A stretch of DNA of 64,000 nucleotides from Amphiscolops sp. MND2022 (lineage: Eukaryota), in NCBI GenBank assembly GCA_964187785.1, contig OZ076417.1:29698001-29762000 (forward strand), written 5' to 3'. Under the pieces are notes generated by a model that was not told the DNA's origin, searched no databases, and saw nothing but the letters and a program-made list of their open reading frames with translations. The translations under genes were made by a program, and so were the position numbers. Shown piece by piece: positions 1 through 13,900 of the stretch (positions within the stretch are counted from its first letter, which is position 1; each line of letters starts with the position of its first letter).

Positions 1-158
1 TCTTGGATTCATTTCCTTTCATGAACTCGGGCGAAGAGTTTCCGTGTTGAAAGAACTATTTTACGTTAGAGTTCAGAGTTCAATTATTAGGGCCTGAAGG
101 AGTTTTTATTTCTCTTTCATGTAGACTATTTCAAGTCTAATTAGAGGTTTGGTCTCAG

Positions 159-420
159 ATGTACTATTGATGCAGTTGATCGATACGATGCTCTTGCATT
201 TTTGTGTAAGTTTGTGTAATTTCGATAATGCGATTTTGCATGAGAGTTTGATGGAAATCAGAAGTCATTGCAAAATCACTGGTTATCTCGCTTCACAGAT
301 GAATCTCTAAAGTCTAGCAATGAGAGCTCAGTTTTTCAAAACTTATCAATCAAATCAGAGATAATTTTCGACTTGAATTCCTTATTTGCTTTTCCTAAAA
401 TGAAAAAAAATCATATTTAG
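159..420 (+). CDS. Candidate last two exons of a host gene entering from the left (159-205 and 299-420)
   Basis: tctcAG|159..205|GTAAGT and ttcacAG|299. Phases match (..CTIDAVDRYDALAFL-Y-ESLKSSNESSVFQNLSIKSEIIFDLNSLFAFPKMKKNHI*). No recognisable domain. Confidence 0.25.
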
Positions 421-640
421 ACTAATCAGTTATAAACTTAATATTGTTTTCATACTTCGGCTCCTGCAAAATTGACTTTTTCTAGTTTCGGGATGTTTTT
501 GGGAATTTCTTAACCAAATTCGTGTATTCGTAAACAAAAATGAAAAAAAACCCAGAAAACTAAGGATTTGGCCGATCCGATGCGAAGACAAAAATTAATT
601 CCACTTCCAGCAACATTTTGGAAATCTAAAAAGCCTTTTT

Positions 641-949
641 AACCCTAAGTTTGAAACATCTAACGCACAAAAGTTGTTATTCAAATAAATCTAGATTACA
701 GCAAAACTCAACCTCACTGTAATAATTGTGCACCATTTGCAGAAAAAATGTTCTCTGTCTGAAAACACAATGAAATTCATTCGACAACAAACAATGAATC
801 AATTGTTTTTGCTTGTTTCTAGGCCAAGCAATATAATATACCACTTTTGCGCACTCAACTTCAAAAAAATGGGAAAAAGTGGATGAAACTTAACAAAAGT
901 AGGTTAACTGAGAACTCATTGAAAAAGTTGCGGAGCTACCATTACAAAC
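641..949 (+). promoter_or_regulatory. Upstream region conserved between the two tetraspan paralogs
   Basis: aaccct.agt.tgaaacatctaacgcac, ataccactt.tgc.cactc.acttcaaaaaaa and aaaaagtggatga...tgagaactcattga.aaagttg recur at ~37788-37976 in front of the paralog. Confidence 0.55.
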
Positions 950-1531
950 ATGCGGAGCTACCAGACTCTTTTGGTGCTGGCAATCGTTTTTGGATGCGTC
1001 GCTCTTCTTTGCAACGTTCTGGCAATAAAACAATTTTGCAATGTGACTGTGAATGGCAGAAATTACGTATGTTCGGGCACTTTATATGACGACATTGGCG
1101 ATTATTTCAAAACTAATACTGAGGTGAAAGTTCAGGTCATGTTTTTGTTCCACGTGTTTTCTATTATCTGCGCAGTGACAACAATCATATTGGCCGCGAT
1201 AGCGCTCTGTAAGGAAATGGTCAAAAACTTCATTTACATGATAGTGACAATCGTCTTAGCAGCAATGACTAGCGTCGATCTATTGGTTGCTGCATCTATG
1301 AAGAGTAACCTCTATGTGATATGGCTGAACATGAAAGGTGTGAAAGAAGAGATTGAACGCGATGCTGAGTATCGTGGAAATGCAATGAGTAGCAAACTGC
1401 AACTTGCGATGTTTTGGATTGCCTTTCTCATTGCTACAGCTTGTTTGATTTGCTTGATTATTGCCACGATCTATGCACCTTCGGGTACTGTGAAAAAGCA
1501 ACGACCGAAAACACGCCGGAAGAAACGATGA
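950..1531 (+). CDS. Intronless four-TM claudin/PMP22-like tetraspan membrane protein (193 aa)
   Basis: Four hydrophobic helices, first loop with a Cys pair (C..NVT..NYVC) and an N-glycosylation sequon, basic C-tail KKQRPKTRRKKR. A paralog at 37977 shares the reading frame. Confidence 0.75.
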   Translation: MRSYQTLLVLAIVFGCVALLCNVLAIKQFCNVTVNGRNYVCSGTLYDDIGDYFKTNTEVKVQVMFLFHVFSIICAVTTIILAAIALCKEMVKNFIYMIVTIVLAAMTSVDLLVAASMKSNLYVIWLNMKGVKEEIERDAEYRGNAMSSKLQLAMFWIAFLIATACLICLIIATIYAPSGTVKKQRPKTRRKKR

Positions 1532-3099
1532 CGTAATTCGAATGCCAGATGCAATGTTCAATATGCCATAGAACGATTGTATTGTTGTAATTTTCTTATT
1601 GTTGATTGAACTGCTTTTTCGGAAAAAATTGAAATCAAACCCTGTAAAATTTAATAATTTATTTCTGAATAATGATTTTAAACGATTGGTTTTTCTCTGG
1701 ATTTTGACTTCCGCTCTAATCAGTAGCCTATACATCACTGAAACTATTGGTTTTCGAGCAATGGCGTAAACTGTAATGGCGTTTTCAATCTATAAGGGAT
1801 TGGTGTGACATACGTCCTTGGGCTGTGGGTGCTTCGACGAATACTGTCCAACCAGTCTTAGTCTTTGACTGCTAATAGTAACGTGCATTTTCCTGACTCT
1901 CTAAAGACCACCACTCGACTAGCACAAAACATCACTGCCAAGAATAAAGTAAATTTCTAGTTTCGGGGTGACATCGGAAAAGTAACTGAAGTTGCTTATT
2001 CTAGTACTCTAGTTTCAAAAACTGCCAAAACTATTTCTCGGGCTAGCTAAAAAACAGTTAAATTATATCAAAGCACGCATAAACCTGGCCGACAACACAG
2101 CTACAAGATGAGCCCATGCGCTCTAAGTACCAAACAAGGATCTTCAGGCGAAAAGACTCGTTTTACCGGTTTCCGCTACATATGGTAGCATAATGCTGAA
2201 AATCGATAAAAACCCGGTGTCAGCACCAAAAAAGTCTGTTGATGAGTTTTCATAGTATTTTTGGGCTACTAGGCCAAAAAAAACAGCAAAAAGAGGAATT
2301 ATATGCTCCGTGACAAGTCACACATCGAATTATAACATTTGACAAAAATTATGAACTTGTCAAAATCTCAAAATTGGCTGATTTTGCTGTACCAGAGCGT
2401 GCAGTTACATCACTCCCTGGCTTTAGGCATGACGTCTCTATCATGCGGAGAAGCGGGCAATGAAAATGTCTTTGCAATCCTGTGAGTTCAAACTGATGTT
2501 GCAAGGGTACAGTGGTACTGTCATATGTCGCTGATTGGGCAACTTTGAGATCGTGCTTTTTGCCATCCCCAGTACCTGCAACGCCCACGAACTGTTGAAA
2601 CAGAGCTAGCTCTCGAGATAGAAAACGATTAACGATTACTCAAACATGCTCCTTAAAATTCATCAAATGAAAAATTCCGTACATCAATCTAAGAGCAATT
2701 TGTGAGCACGAATTTGCTGCACAAGATTTGAATCTGAATTTGCTAGCATTTTGTTTTCGGACGTTTGAAGTTTTCTTGACTTTCCACGGCAGTAAATTTT
2801 CAGTTGGTAGCAAAGTTAAAAGGTGTTCTCGTTAAAATTTCGATTCAGCGGAAAAACAACTGTTTAAAGGAAAACAAGCTGCTTCGTCGATACTTTCACA
2901 GTTCAGTTTGGTTTGGGCAACACGCACTGATATGCAGCTCCATACCTGTATAGATTTCAATAGCATCTGTTAAGGAGCGGAAGAAAGCAAACTACGAACT
3001 GCTCAAAAATTAGAACTGGAGTGACGTGGGCAAAGAGAGACGAGATCCTGCAATTCAGAGATCTGGAGCTCGCCACCTTCCATTTGTTCGAGTGTCTTG

Positions 3100-5950
3100 T
3101 AGAAATCTAGAAGCAGATAGTGGAAACCTTGGGAAAATTACGCGAAAAAAAAAACAAAAAAAGCACCTTCGGGCGAAGGGATACATTTGGAGTTTTTGGG
3201 TTACCTGTTGCATTCATAGAAGTATTCTGAAACATGCTTCTCAAAGAAAGAGAGAAACAAGTTTTTGACGACGTTTTTATGACTACAACTTGAGTTTCGA
3301 AAAAAACCCTGCTTGAATTATTGTCACTCCTCCACTGGGGCTCCCAGGGCCTTACTTGACTACCGGATTTCAGTCGTTGAGCACCTCCTTTAATATGAAG
3401 ATAGCAATGACCAATGGAAGATACAAGACGATAATGCGGGCGTTGAAGACAACTCGCCCTTGAAAAGAAGTGGAGTGTAGGTTGGAACGTATAGGCAACA
3501 TCATCCGGTAGCACCGCGTGCTACCAGAAGAACATATCAAACCCAAAGTATCAGGAACTCAAATAGAAAATAAAAACACAAAGATAGAACATTAAATTAA
3601 GGTGATGCCTGGAAAGTGGTAATACGGGCAATAGAGACATAGATAATGCAGAATAACTCTTATACCAGTTCCTGCAAAAACGTCAATGATACTATGTTAG
3701 AAATCAACCAAGCTGCGAGGTGGGCGTTCAGGGTCCAGCATGGGAAAGTGATTTTGAGGGATTTCGTTGGCAAACAATAATGCTTTCAAATACTCCAAGC
3801 CTAGTAAGAAATCATCGGTAATTTGGCGTACACGCTGGGGAGTGTGTTATCAGTAGGTGAATAACGTGATTATCCATGAACGACAATGAAGTTGGGATTG
3901 TTAGGACTTCAATGATTTTTGGGAGGAGCTGGAATGTTTTGTCGCTGCCACAATCACGAAGTATGTAGAGTAAGGCAGCACAATTAGTATTAATGAAGAA
4001 ATCATGGATCATTTGGGTGCATGCTGGGTTGGAAGTGTTATCAGTAGGTGAAGTTCTGTTATCCATGAGAGAAAATGAATTTAGTTAGGACTTGACCGAC
4101 GTTTTGATGAAGTTTGAATATTTTGTCCCTGCCACACTCTCGAAGCATGTAGCGTATTGCAGCAGAATTAGTTTTAAGGATAAGTTGCTATATCGCCCTT
4201 CACCTGCAAGAAATACTTTGGTTGGTCGTATACAAAATATTCGAACCAATGGGTGGTAAAGCTCAAGGAAACACAATCTGACGTCCGGTTCCTTTTTTCG
4301 TCAGCTGGGTCGATATGATCCTGTCCACGAATAGCAGTCATATCCTGCATACGCACTTTGATAGGGGCTGATTTCCCACACTTGCTGTCGACCATGCGTC
4401 AAGAGTACCAAGAGCAGTGTGGATCGTTACCGGCTCGTTAAAAGAATGGGCCCAACCAAACAACAAGCGGATACGAGGAAAGTCGAATACAGTCCTTATG
4501 AACTCTAGCCACAATCGGAACTGCAGTTTTCACGATAAAGATCAATGAGATGGAAACACAGAAGGAGTTCATCAGTAACAACAGTCGGCAAATTTTCTAG
4601 ACAGCTACGCAGGCTGTCATGTTGGACCAAAGAGTGAGTATGTGAGGCAGTTACAGGTAACCACCAATGCTGGGCTGAGCGATATTTTTCACCAGACTCA
4701 CAGGTGACACCGTATTTGTCAGAAACGAGGTCAGTCGTAACACAGCGGACCATCTCTAGTTGGGTTGCCTCTCATTATTGAAAGGTCCAAATACATTGTT
4801 GGGAGTAACAGGAGGCACTGTAACTGCAAATGTGAATCACAATCCTCGGAGATCGCTCGTGCACCTCTTTAAACGGTGTTATCTACAGGAAAGATCATTT
4901 CTCTTTCCAGTCCGGTGTATGACTTCCCTGCGCGTATTACTACGCGACTGAAAGATATTTACCATTGTGGATAAGAGGTTGGGGCTTTGGGCTCACCGGA
5001 GTTTTAGGGGGTGCAGTTTGAGTTGCTGCAGCCATGATACAAATGCAATTGCTGAACCCGCATGTTACAAAACGATACCGAGGTACTCGATTCCGGCGTA
5101 AGTCATAGTGCGGATTAACCTGCGTTGCGCTTTGGTCAACATCGGATGTAAGCTGCGCAGTGTGCGCCTCAGAAGCAGAATCCGATGTAATTGATGGCTG
5201 TGTGTGGAATTCACGAGCTATTTGCCGTGATGAAATGGTAGTGGTTCCTCCCGTTTCCGGTTGACTTTCAATATGACTGGAGCGACTTCCTAGGCGCCAC
5301 AAACCAAGTGTTTTACTGGAAGCACGACCCTTGTTTCGTCTGTTAATTCTGGAAAAGTAGGACGATTGAGATATTTTATTTTTGTCAGTTCTATTGTAAT
5401 CCCAATTAATTGTCAAGCGCAGTTGCAAATTTCTTCACGATGATAGTGGTAAAAATCGTTTTTTTCCCGCGTCAGTAGAAAGACTCAAAGATTCTAGTGC
5501 TAACTTTAATTCAGCGGCCTGAATTGGCAGGAAATCAAGTGGAAGGGACGCGGACTTGGGTGTTTGGCGGGAAGTTGATTCCTACTGGTCCTTGAAGTTT
5601 GATGATACCGAGAAACGAATCACCAGGAGTTTACCTAAATTGGATTTCCCCACCTTGAAAGGTCGTCGAGTTGAACGAATTTTGAAGTTTAACCGCGGGA
5701 TTTAACCTTCGTGTCTAGCAAAAAATTTATAACTTGGAGCGAGACTAGAATAAAGACATGTATTTCTTTCAAGAGTTTATTCGCATTACTTAAGTCTTTC
5801 TTTTCGAAACATAATTTCCAACTTTAGCCATCTTATAGATTCCGTTTGTAATCCCACTTTCGTTTCGTATTCAATGAAAGTTTAAAAGCGAAATTTAATT
5901 ATTTTAGCACTTAGTAATTGGCAAGTCGGCTGGATTAATGATAAAGACCC
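3100..5950 (-). mobile_element. Decayed Gypsy-like 3' fragment: integrase C-terminus followed by a Cys-containing env-like/ORF3 remnant
   Basis: Minus-strand fragments include YETKVGLQ.. (integrase C-terminal-like), PHYDLRRNRVPRY (typical post-integrase linker), Cys/Trp-rich ORF pieces at 4174-4753 and a hydrophobic tail near 3300-3650. Many stops and frameshifts; boundaries approximate. Confidence 0.5.
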
Positions 5951-6659
5951 ACAAGAGAAACCAAAGGAACATAAGAACGCTGATTCAAACTATGTGATTT
6001 AATATTATCTAGTCATCACGTTTCCATCAAGTCATTTGATTGTATCTAGTAAGATTGGATGTAAGCAGCAAGTGAGGAAAGAACTTCGGAAAAGTGCAGA
6101 AGATGTTCGGTTATCCCTCTTCATTGCCCATGAAAAAAATGGCCTATCAGAAAACTGAATGACATTCGAAATTGAAAATTTTATGCCAATATGTCTGAGT
6201 GATACGGGACGTAGTCAAACAGAGGTTCTAAAGGTGATCGAAAATCGTTTATCAAAAGTAGACAACGTCTCTAAAGCTACCTCTGAACAAGGTTTTTCGA
6301 CTTCAAGAGTGGTTTTTCAGACGTGATGAAGCGGGATTTTGACAGTGTTCCTGTCATAACGAGAATTCTAGTTCCAAAAATGTTTCGAAAACAATCAACA
6401 ACAAGTGAATCGTTGTCCGTACACTTTTAAATTATGAATGGAATTTTAAAATGTCCTAATTTGACCCCAAAAGTCAACAATCTGAATTTTTTAGGTTTAC
6501 GATGTCATTTGAAGTATTTTGTGTACCGTTTCCTGTTTGTTTAAATGAATATGTTAAATGAATCAACTTTTCAAAGACTGTTTTAAAAGTTTGAAAGTTG
6601 GTATTCAGGAGCAGCAACTGTTTCGAGAGTACTAAAGTGTGAAGTGACTTAATCTAAAA

Positions 6660-8160
6660 AGATGGTGATGGAAAGCGATGGGAGCATGCAGACAAGGAAC
6701 AGCATCACAACCGGAACTGAATCTTGCAAACAAATGAACCTCGACGTTCCTCACAGCGGAATCTGTTCAAAGTTGGTCAGAAACATTCGTTTTAGACAAT
6801 AGGCGACAAGGCTTACGTTCAGAAATCTTCCTCGTGGGTGGCAAACACGTTTCGGAAGAAACGAATCCCTTGGGCATTAGTGAGCATTCGATAGTGCGAA
6901 CAGAGGAAAACTTGAATTATATGATCACGGAAACAAGGAAAGAGTAAGAAGCTTAGAGTTCGCAACAAGCAAGTAAAGTACGAAAGAATTGAGTGTGCTA
7001 TATGAACTGTTGGAAGACTACATCAACGTACAACAAGGGCACCTATTCCGGGAGACGACCTACTTTGCCGGTACTCTACTTCTTGTAGAATGAAACAATT
7101 GTTTTGAATTGGTCAATAGGTATGGATTTGGGAATAAGAAGGGTCTGTGCTGCAAAAGGATTTCAGTGAAATAAACATGTATCAAAAGCTTGGCCAAGGT
7201 GAATTGAAGCAGGTCAAACCCGGTAAAGTCAATACCAAAAGTGACATACAAACCATGAATGCAGTTTTTGGAAGAAAAGACTGAATTCGACTGGAAAGAA
7301 AGCCTTATCTCAAGTGACAGTAATGGAACCATTTGAATGGTAAAAGAAACTCTGGTGAAAGCAGTCGCACAGTAATAACCCTGACAAAACTCAATTGAGC
7401 AACGGCCACCGCAAGCGACCGAAGAAACGAACATGGAAGATTGAAGCTAATTGGAGCCCGATGCATGGAATGGAGGAAAAAGCTTAGATGAACGAGAATG
7501 GATTACAAGAAGGATTTTTCACTTTGGTACATGATTATAGAGATAACTCATAAGTGACAAAAATGCAATAGTGTTCCTTGAAAGAACCAAAAACAGAAAA
7601 TTGGAGCAAAAGGTTTTGCAGTGGACCAGCTACACAATTCAAGACAATGTTGAAACAGTATTGGTCTCTTGGTAAATTTGAGGTTTCTAAAGATAACTAG
7701 GAGTCTGGTTGAAACCCAGAACATAGAAAGTTGGAAGTGTGTGTGGAGAGAAGCTCGGTGACTTTCTACAAACAGAAGCGAAAGCGAAATTCCGCGGCGT
7801 TGCAGTTACTGGGATAAAACTCGGATGTGGCTACGGAAAACGACGCGTCAGAAAGCAAAGTGCGAAACGTAGCGCAGCGATCAAATTCTAACTAGAAATG
7901 AAATCTTTCATCGGGTGCACTGAGGACACTGAAAACGAAAAAAAGCACTTCAGTTGCCGTAATGTTGAAACGTTTTGCTGTCTATTTTTCAGTTCTAAGG
8001 TTCAACGACCTTTCAAGAAGGCCGGATCTAGAAGGACTAGAAAACGAACTCGCTTTGACATGTCCCTTCCGCGGTCAATCAATTTCGACGACGAATTGTG
8101 CAACACAGCAAGTATTGAGAAACTTACTGGAGACTTTTTTGACTTACCTGGAATTCTAAT
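6660..8160 (+). pseudogene. Decayed coding-like segment of unknown origin
   Basis: Purine-rich plus strand with one frame largely open between scattered stops (e.g. LELYDHGNKERVRSLEF, ELSVLYELLEDYINV). No motif recognised. Confidence 0.25.
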
Positions 8161-8849
8161 CTCAGCATGTTGAGGTAATTTTGGACCCTGAGTGGAATGA
8201 GCTTGAAAGATGCATTCAAGGTCATCGAACCGGGTTAGAAACATTGCTATGTACGCATATGACAACGTTAGATTGTAACGCTGTTAAAATCGATGATTTT
8301 TACATTGCGTGAGCATACTTTCTAGACCTTACTACAAATCATGCCGAAACCACTACATCGTTTGTTCACTCATTAATTTTAGTAACTCTCTAAAATGTCA
8401 TATAATTACACCACATATTTGAACTTATCTTTGCTCTATGTTTACTGAAGAGTCGTAAGCCAGAGTTATACCATTACTAGAAAGAGATTTTAGTAATTAA
8501 ACAGCTATAGTGAAGTTGGGTCTCAGGACCACAAGACCAATAAACTTTCACCTTTTTACAACTTCTCGCTTGAGTCACAGCCAACAAGTAGCCACTCTCA
8601 TATTTGGAGAGTTGGAGCGCGTGGAGATGGAGAGTGGAAAGTTTGCAACTGATCTCAGCAGATCGATCTCAGTGTAAAGCGGGATCAACAGGATGTCCTC
8701 CAGGTCACATCAGACCCACCAGAGAAACATTCCTTTGAAACAAGAAAACCAGGATTGTTTAGTAACGGTCCACAGCACTAAACAACGGAGCAGACCGGAG
8801 TGAAGTTTGTCAATCTTCAGGGGAAGATAAGGGCAAGCAGCCTTTCAGG

Positions 8850-11800
8850 GCGCTTCGCTACATTGCCCAACGTTTGAGATTGTTCTGTCGCATATTATGT
8901 TGTTTTGCATAGTCATAATGGATATCCATGAGAAGTCATCAAATCGAAGAAGTTCATCATAATTAGTTTGCCTAAAAGGTATAAAGTATGAGAGTGGAAA
9001 ATTACAAGAAAGACGATGTATAGGAAGGAGTGTATGAAAGGCCTTCATGATTGTGTTCTTAAGAGATGTAGTATGTTTGAGTCCCGAAAGTCAGTGTAGG
9101 ACACAGGTTGTGGGACAGTGTGAGCATATGCGTACATAAGACCTTTAGCAAATTTGTATTTCTTGTTACCACGAGCTAGTTGAGGAGCAGGTCGTTCTAT
9201 AGGCCATGTTTAGTCAGATAGTTATCTGTTTGAGTTTAGTTGTCTTGCGTTGAGAACACAATTAAAAGAGGCACATTTAGGTTCAACAATAAGAGCAGTT
9301 GCGTATATTGTACCGTAGTTGGGTTTATCTCGTGGAGAAGAAGCAATTGGTTTGAGAATATTATGTTATTCTGTTTCTTTGAGAAGATCATTAAGTTTAT
9401 TTCTGTAATGAATAGGTACTTTAAAATGGCGTTGGGTACTCAGTTGATTTGAGACGTATTCAGAAGGAAATAGCAGTTTCTTTCATCGTTTTTCTTTGCG
9501 TAGCATCACTGTTCTTGCGCGTACTTAGGCGGTTACAAGGTGTAACATATTCACTGTCTTTGACGTCAGAGATTTGGTAATTAAACTTTTTGATGAACAT
9601 TAGATTGTCTTTAGAAAACACAACAGTAGGCAAAATGTGTGTTTTAGATATATCAGATGTAAGTTGGACGGTATATGTGAATGAGGCAGATTTGGTAGGT
9701 GCTGAGGTTAGTCATAAACGTGGTGTTTGAAAAATAGGTAACAGAAGATAGATTGTCTGATAGTGTTATATCTTAGTTTGATGGTGAAATGGGTTCAATT
9801 AAATCAAGGTATGTATGAGCAGCATTGTGTACCAGTTTATTATTTTCATTCAATTGATAAATTTTAGGTTTCTCATTGGTAAATGGTACTTACGTTTAAC
9901 CAAGATGTCTTCTAGGAAATGTAGCAAAGTGGTTTGTTGAAGTTTCGATCTATTGTTGAACAAGTGTCAGGTATATTGTCAGTGAAAACTTCAATAACGT
10001 TCAAGGAGAAAAAAGTATGTGGTATTAAAGAGAAAGAAATAATCACGAGAACTCGTACTATGGTCGCGAATTTAATGCATTTTTATTGGAAAATGTTGAA
10101 TCTTTGAGGAGTTGGGTTCAAACGATCATGTGTTCTAGAATTAATTTTGTGTATGTTCGAAACATATGGATGGATAACCGTTGTATAAAGGGGAGGTGAT
10201 ATTAGTAATATTTAGTTGGTATTTAGGTCGGTGTTTTAATTATCAGGTAAAACTTTGAATTTTATTGTTCTGTATGGTTTCTTTGTCGAAATTCGTCGAA
10301 AAGAGTGCCAAGGAGTTTATATTTATGTCTTCAACGGCGAAATGAAATATACACTGCCGACATTTATCTTCAGGTGAGTTTTAAGGTGATAGTCACATAG
10401 TTTAAGAAAGGAACTTCAGTTTGATTTGCGACAGTTGGTGTTTTCAAATATGGGTTGTTTTGTCAATTTAAATTTTGTTAGTGAAGTTTTACGATTGTAG
10501 GATAAGTGGGATAGTTAAGGACAGAAAGAGAAGCACTAATGTCTAATAAGAAAGAGATTTCTAGTCGTGAAGGATGATCATTTTTATTGTGTCTTCCAGG
10601 GGTATGTGAAGGGAAATAATTAACCAACTCCTCGTGGGTGAAGACCATTGGCCATCTCAGTGGGATGGTTCATATGGTTTTCAAAGTTGATAGAGGTTTT
10701 TGTTGGTATGTTGTAACTTTGTTTCCGCAAATCCATAAGAAGTGTATTGTTGAATTGATTAATCTCCGAAAAACAACGACGGGAATCACGTCTTGAAGAA
10801 TCTCCATTGAAACGTCCATAAAGTGAGTGATATGATCGAGAATCTCGTCTGTAATTGTCATTTCTAGATCCGGTTTTTGATGGAGGAGTAGTTCTTTGTT
10901 CATATTTGATTGGTCTCTAGAATGAGAACGATAACTTTTTGTGAGGATGTGGTTTTTCGTTTGTTTAAAAACGGCGTGAGTCGGCGGAGTTGTGTGTTGG
11001 ATAAGTGGGATAGTTAAGGACAGAAAGAGAAGCACTAATGTCTAATAAGAAAGAGATTTCTAGTCGTGAAGGATGATCATTTTTATTGTGTCTTTCAGGG
11101 GTATGTGAAGGGAAATAATTAAACCAACTCCTCGTGGGTGAAGACCATTGGCCATCTCAGTGGGATGGTTCATATGGTTTTCAAAGTTGATAGAGGTTTT
11201 TGTTGGTATGTTGTAACTTTGTTTCCGCAAATCCATAATAAGTGTATTGTTGAATTGATTAATCTCCGGAAAACAACGACGGGAATCACGTCTTGAAGAA
11301 TCTCCATTGAAACGTCCATAAGGTGAGTGATATGATCGAGAATCTCGTCTGTAATTGTCATTTCTAGATCCGGTTTTTGATGGAGGAGTAGTTTTTTGTT
11401 CATATTTGATTGGTCTCTAGAATGAGAACGATAACTTTTTGTGAGGATGTGGTTTTTCGTTTGTTTAAAAACGGCGTGAGTCGGCGGAGTTGTGTGTTGG
11501 AGTCCCAATGAGAACGTAACACCTCTTTCGTTATGTTGTATGTTTTCTTCAGTTTTATATTTGTAGTCAAAACCATCGAAAAGTTTAGCTGGTTCTGAAA
11601 AAGGAGCAGAGGAGTTTACATAGGTTGGATTTGAGACTGTAGTAAATTATAGAGTAGATGAGTGCAAGGTTTGATAGTTAATTATCGAGGCGGTATTCGT
11701 GGGTTATGTATATTAGCTGGGATTTGAGTAGTACAGGTATTAATTCAAGTGTTTTGTACTTATAGAAGGAATTCGTGGTACTGGGACGTTGGTGATTTGG

Positions 11801-13900
11801 GTGGTGTTCTGTAGAGGAAAAGAGACGTTAGATGGAAAGAATTAACGAAAAGTTTAGATGAAGAGAAAGATGAAGGTTTAGATTTGTTGTAGCAGTAGTT
11901 TGAGAACTTTGTAATGACGTATTGAGGAATAGTTGGGTGTTCTGAGTATTTGTACTACCTAGGATTTACTGGAGAGGATTGGTGGGATTTGGTGGAATTA
12001 GTGGTCCAGAAAGAGTTCTAGCGATTATAATTTCCGCAGGTGTATTTGTATACATGGTGTCACCGGTGAATGTAGCAGGTATAGGAGGAGCAGTAGGTTT
12101 TTCGGCTGGAGTATATGACTGTGTCCCTAAGGTAGTTTGTCTTCGAGTAGGAGGTGATTGGATATGAGTATGGGTTGGATTCTGAATATTTATATTTAAT
12201 ACTGTATGAGATGTAGCCGGTTGAGGGGAATTATGAAGTGACCTATGTGTAGAAGAAGCAGGTGGTGGCGAGGACCAGAAAAGAGAGGTATTCTTTGCTG
12301 TGTTTGGAATGATGTCTATTTTAATATTGTATTTGTTGTGGATAATGTATAAGAACCATTTTGAGTATGCTTTTGGTTATCCCCTTCTGATATAGGTCTT
12401 GTGGGAACTAAAAGGTTGTTTGAGTCTATTGTAGTAACTGTGTTATTATGTGTCAAATGAAGTATTCTCTGGAGGAGTTTCATCTTATGGTAAGTTATTG
12501 GGAACTGTTTAGGTTGATTGTAGTAGTAGATTTCTGGAGTGAAGATTTTTTTGCTTGTTGTTGGGGAAACATTGGTGGTTCATTCTGTTGTTCTTGTTGG
12601 GGTAATATTTGTGGGTCTCGTTGATTTCCAATGATGAATGGACTTTGTTCAATGGTTTGGACAAAAGGATCATTTAGTGTTACAATGTTGTCAAGTATGA
12701 GGTTAGTATCTATGAGGTCGGCTATGAGATGTTTCATTTTGTTCAAGAACAAAGTCATTTTCAAATGTATAAGTGCCGAATTTTGGGGTGTGTAGTTCTG
12801 TAAGATTTCTTTTACATGGATGGTTAGAACTATCATCTCTCGTAAAAGGTAGGGTTCAGTTTGATCAAGAGCCCGAGGAAAGTGAAAATATGCAGATTGA
12901 CATCGAGAAAACGTTAAACTACCTGAATTTCTGGCATAGTGTCGTCACTAAGTTGAGATTTGAAAAACGTTATTAAAGAATAGTGTTGTTTGTTAAAAAT
13001 CTTGTTGTTACCAATGATGCGGAGTGTTGTGTATCGTAATTTTTGATTTTACATTTTGGACTTCAAATTAAACTTGTTTTGATTGAATATTTTCTAAGAG
13101 AGAAGACAAGGGGACCAAACATGGGTGTATCTTGATTTTCATCATGATCCATGAGTTCATTCATATAATTCAGAAAAACATCCTGTATTGATCATGTTGT
13201 GTTTTGTGGATGATTGGCTCTAGTAATTTCCTGTGTCAATTCCTTCCTGGGACGTGATTGAAACTGATTTAAAAACGCGTCTGAGAAGGACTTGTGCTCA
13301 CAAAATTTTATAACAGAGACAAGATTGTAAAAGTTCTCTAAGATTTGGATTTGGATGAATAAAGTAGGCTTCAGTCTGGGATAGAAGTGGGTTTGTGTAT
13401 CTAAAAAAAAGCTGTTCAAGAATTGTGTTATGTCTTGGTTTTATAGAACGTAAAGCACGGTGCTATGATGAAGAACATCGAGTTATAATAGTTTTACAAT
13501 GAAATGTACTATATTATGTCAATGAATTATAGTATACAGTGGCGTTAAGACGGAGAGACAAGAAAGTTGATCTTTGTATGTAAATAGGAAGCGAGTTTGT
13601 AGTCTATATTAAAGCGAGTATGATATGCAAAAAACGGAGTCAACAAAACAAATTGGATTAAAATGGTCAGCATTGTACTAAGGAGAAGTAATGGTATGTT
13701 GTTTACATACGTTATGTGGAAACGGAATGTATGGTATATACCGAAATGTCCAAGAATGAGTATTAGGATTATAGTGATCATAAGGTATAATAGATAGGCC
13801 TAATGTGCTATAAGAGTGGGACAGTAACGTCACAAACAGTTGTTCAGTTATTGAGAAAAGACTATTTTTCTGAAATGTAATTTTTTGCAACTTTCACTTT
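8850..13900 (-). mobile_element. Decayed Gypsy 5' half (gag - protease - RT N-terminal part), truncated in RT
   Basis: Minus-strand remnants: gag-like EPAKLFDGFDYKY..VTFSLGLQ (~11500-11600); degenerate aspartic protease RLEISFLLDISAS; RT-proximal KKFNYQISDVKDSEYVTPCN and a degenerate YxDD (LLRFDDFS) near 8940. The left end is approximate. Confidence 0.65.
10500..11500. repeat. Near-identical ~500-bp direct tandem duplication inside the Gypsy fragment
   Basis: 10500-11000 matches 11000-11500 with few differences (duplicated ORFs 10670-11035 and 11170-11508). The junction uses a GGA microhomology (gtaGGAtaag / gttGGAgtcc giving gttGGAtaag). Confidence 0.95.

Noticed and set aside
1804-1973. 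Solo LTR (TGTGACA...AATAAA...GTGACA)
   Set aside because: TG..CA ends and AATAAA are present, but there is no TSD and no second copy in the window.
2395-2595. Minus-strand host exon (also 15483-15530)
   Set aside because: AG/GT borders and an open frame exist, but they are isolated and cannot be linked to a gene model.
8396-8600. LTR-like segment (TGTCATA...AATAAA...CTCTCA)
   Set aside because: No partner LTR, clear PBS or TSD.
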